The position numbers were made by a program, and so were the translations under genes. A stretch of DNA of 63,674 nt, counting the filler, from Octopus bimaculoides (taxonomy: Eukaryota), in NCBI RefSeq assembly GCF_001194135.2. It is 6 parts of 5 records of this genome, joined end to end, with 100 filler letters (N's around TTAATTAATTAA, not from the genome) between each part and the next. Parts side by side here need not be neighbours in the genome. Positions count along the whole stretch, not along the records: positions 60,708 to 63,674 come from NC_068984.1; 5 more parts are not named here. One strand, 5' to 3'. The notes under the pieces were generated by a model that saw only the letters and a list, made by a program, of their open reading frames with translations, was not told the DNA's origin and made no database searches. Position 1 is the first letter of the stretch; every line of letters starts with the position of its first letter. Positions 62,371 through 63,674 of the stretch are shown one piece after another.

Positions 62371-62923
62371 TTCTACCAGACAAAATATACAAGTATACGA
62401 AGTTTTAAAGTGTTTCGGTAGAAAACACACTAAATAAAAAATGGTGTCCGCCAAATCAGAAAGATCCACAAAGATCCAACGAAAAGATAGTTTCACCATT
62501 CCATAGCAAAACCGTTATACTACACTTTGACAATTTTTGATTTTTTGGCAGCTGAAGCAGCTGGCGATACGAAGGTTTGACCAAAAGAACCGGCTATTGC
62601 AAGCAAAAATAAATATTGAAATGAACGCATTTTGCCAAATTTGGACATACCACAGTTTAACATAATAGCAACGATATACATATAAATATATATATATATA
62701 TATAGGTATACAAAGGTAAGGTCCAAGGATCAAGGTGTTGGAAGTAAGTGAGCTTCAAGCAATCCGTAGGAAATATTAAAAAAAACAACTTTCAGGAAGA
62801 ATAGTGGTTTCTTGGTGCAGAAAGTTGTGAATTTTTCCCATATTGAAGTACGATAAGCTGAAAAAATTATATATATATATATTTATATATATATGCCGGT
62901 GCACAAAAACATGCATGCATACA

Positions 62924-62955
<32 letters not shown>

Positions 62956-63641
62956 CACATCGATTACGAGCGAGCAGACGATAAACAATAAAGTTTGTAA
63001 ACAACAGTGTTGACGTTTAGCACACATTTTGCATACGTTAACACATATACCGACGATGTAGTACACATGATCCTAACACATGTATACAATCACTGACCGA
63101 GATTATGTGTCCTACAGAAAAAAATACAGAAACAAAACTGCCACACGTTGAGGTGACCTATATAAATGGGTGCAAAGGATGGGGAGAGGTGCTAATGTGT
63201 GTGTGTGTGTGTGAGTGAGTGGTGTGTGTATGTGCGGGCGTGCATGTGAATGTCCTAGATAATGAGCTATAACGGGAGTGGGAGAGGATGTTTCTGAATG
63301 TGTTTGTAAGTCTGTATGCACGTGTGTGTGTGTGTGTGTGTGTGTACGTGTGTGTGTACGTGTGTGTGTGTCTGTATGTGTATATGTGTGTGTGCGTGAG
63401 AGACAGAAAAAGGAGAAAGAGAGAGTGCATGGCAGGGACAAAATATAATTATCTGTGTGTATGCCAGCGATACTCGACGTTTCTGTCTATGTTTATGGAC
63501 GTGTTTGTGTGTATAAATTTATGGGAGAATGTGGATGTGCGCGCGTATGTGTATGTGTGTGTGCGTGCGCACGCGCACGCATTTGTTCTAGTTAATGCGA
63601 TGTGCTAGAAAAAAGGAAAATGTTTTCATGAATGTCCTAGA

Positions 63642-63674
<33 letters not shown>

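Overview
AT-rich, repeat-dense eukaryotic scaffold fragment with many N-gaps and microsatellites. The SINE families, base composition and gap spacers suggest a cephalopod, probably Octopus (inference, not a database match). No prokaryotic features or CRISPR array. Host-gene content I can support is two spliced exons encoding one Ig I-set domain (6028-6152, 7844-8048, +) and a phase-compatible exon pair encoding the C-terminus of an unrecognised protein (38210-38885, 39723-39927, +). The rest is mostly decayed mobile DNA: R4/Dong-type RLE retrotransposons, RTE LINEs, two Penelope-like elements (PLEs), pogo, mariner, maT, piggyBac and hAT/Buster remnants, a solo LTR with a 5-bp TSD, tRNA-derived SINEs and a U6 retrocopy. 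The most interesting signals are two intact-looking type I hammerhead ribozymes (58627-58726 and about 37310-37395). Each lies in one arm of a long inverted repeat, and the first sits in a 312-bp unit that begins to repeat (retrozyme-like). Also notable are a possible U6-SINE chimeric retrocopy and a nine-unit 177-bp satellite. Splice sites, TIRs, TSDs and ribozyme cores were counted by hand; outer boundaries of degenerate elements are approximate (about +/-20 bp).
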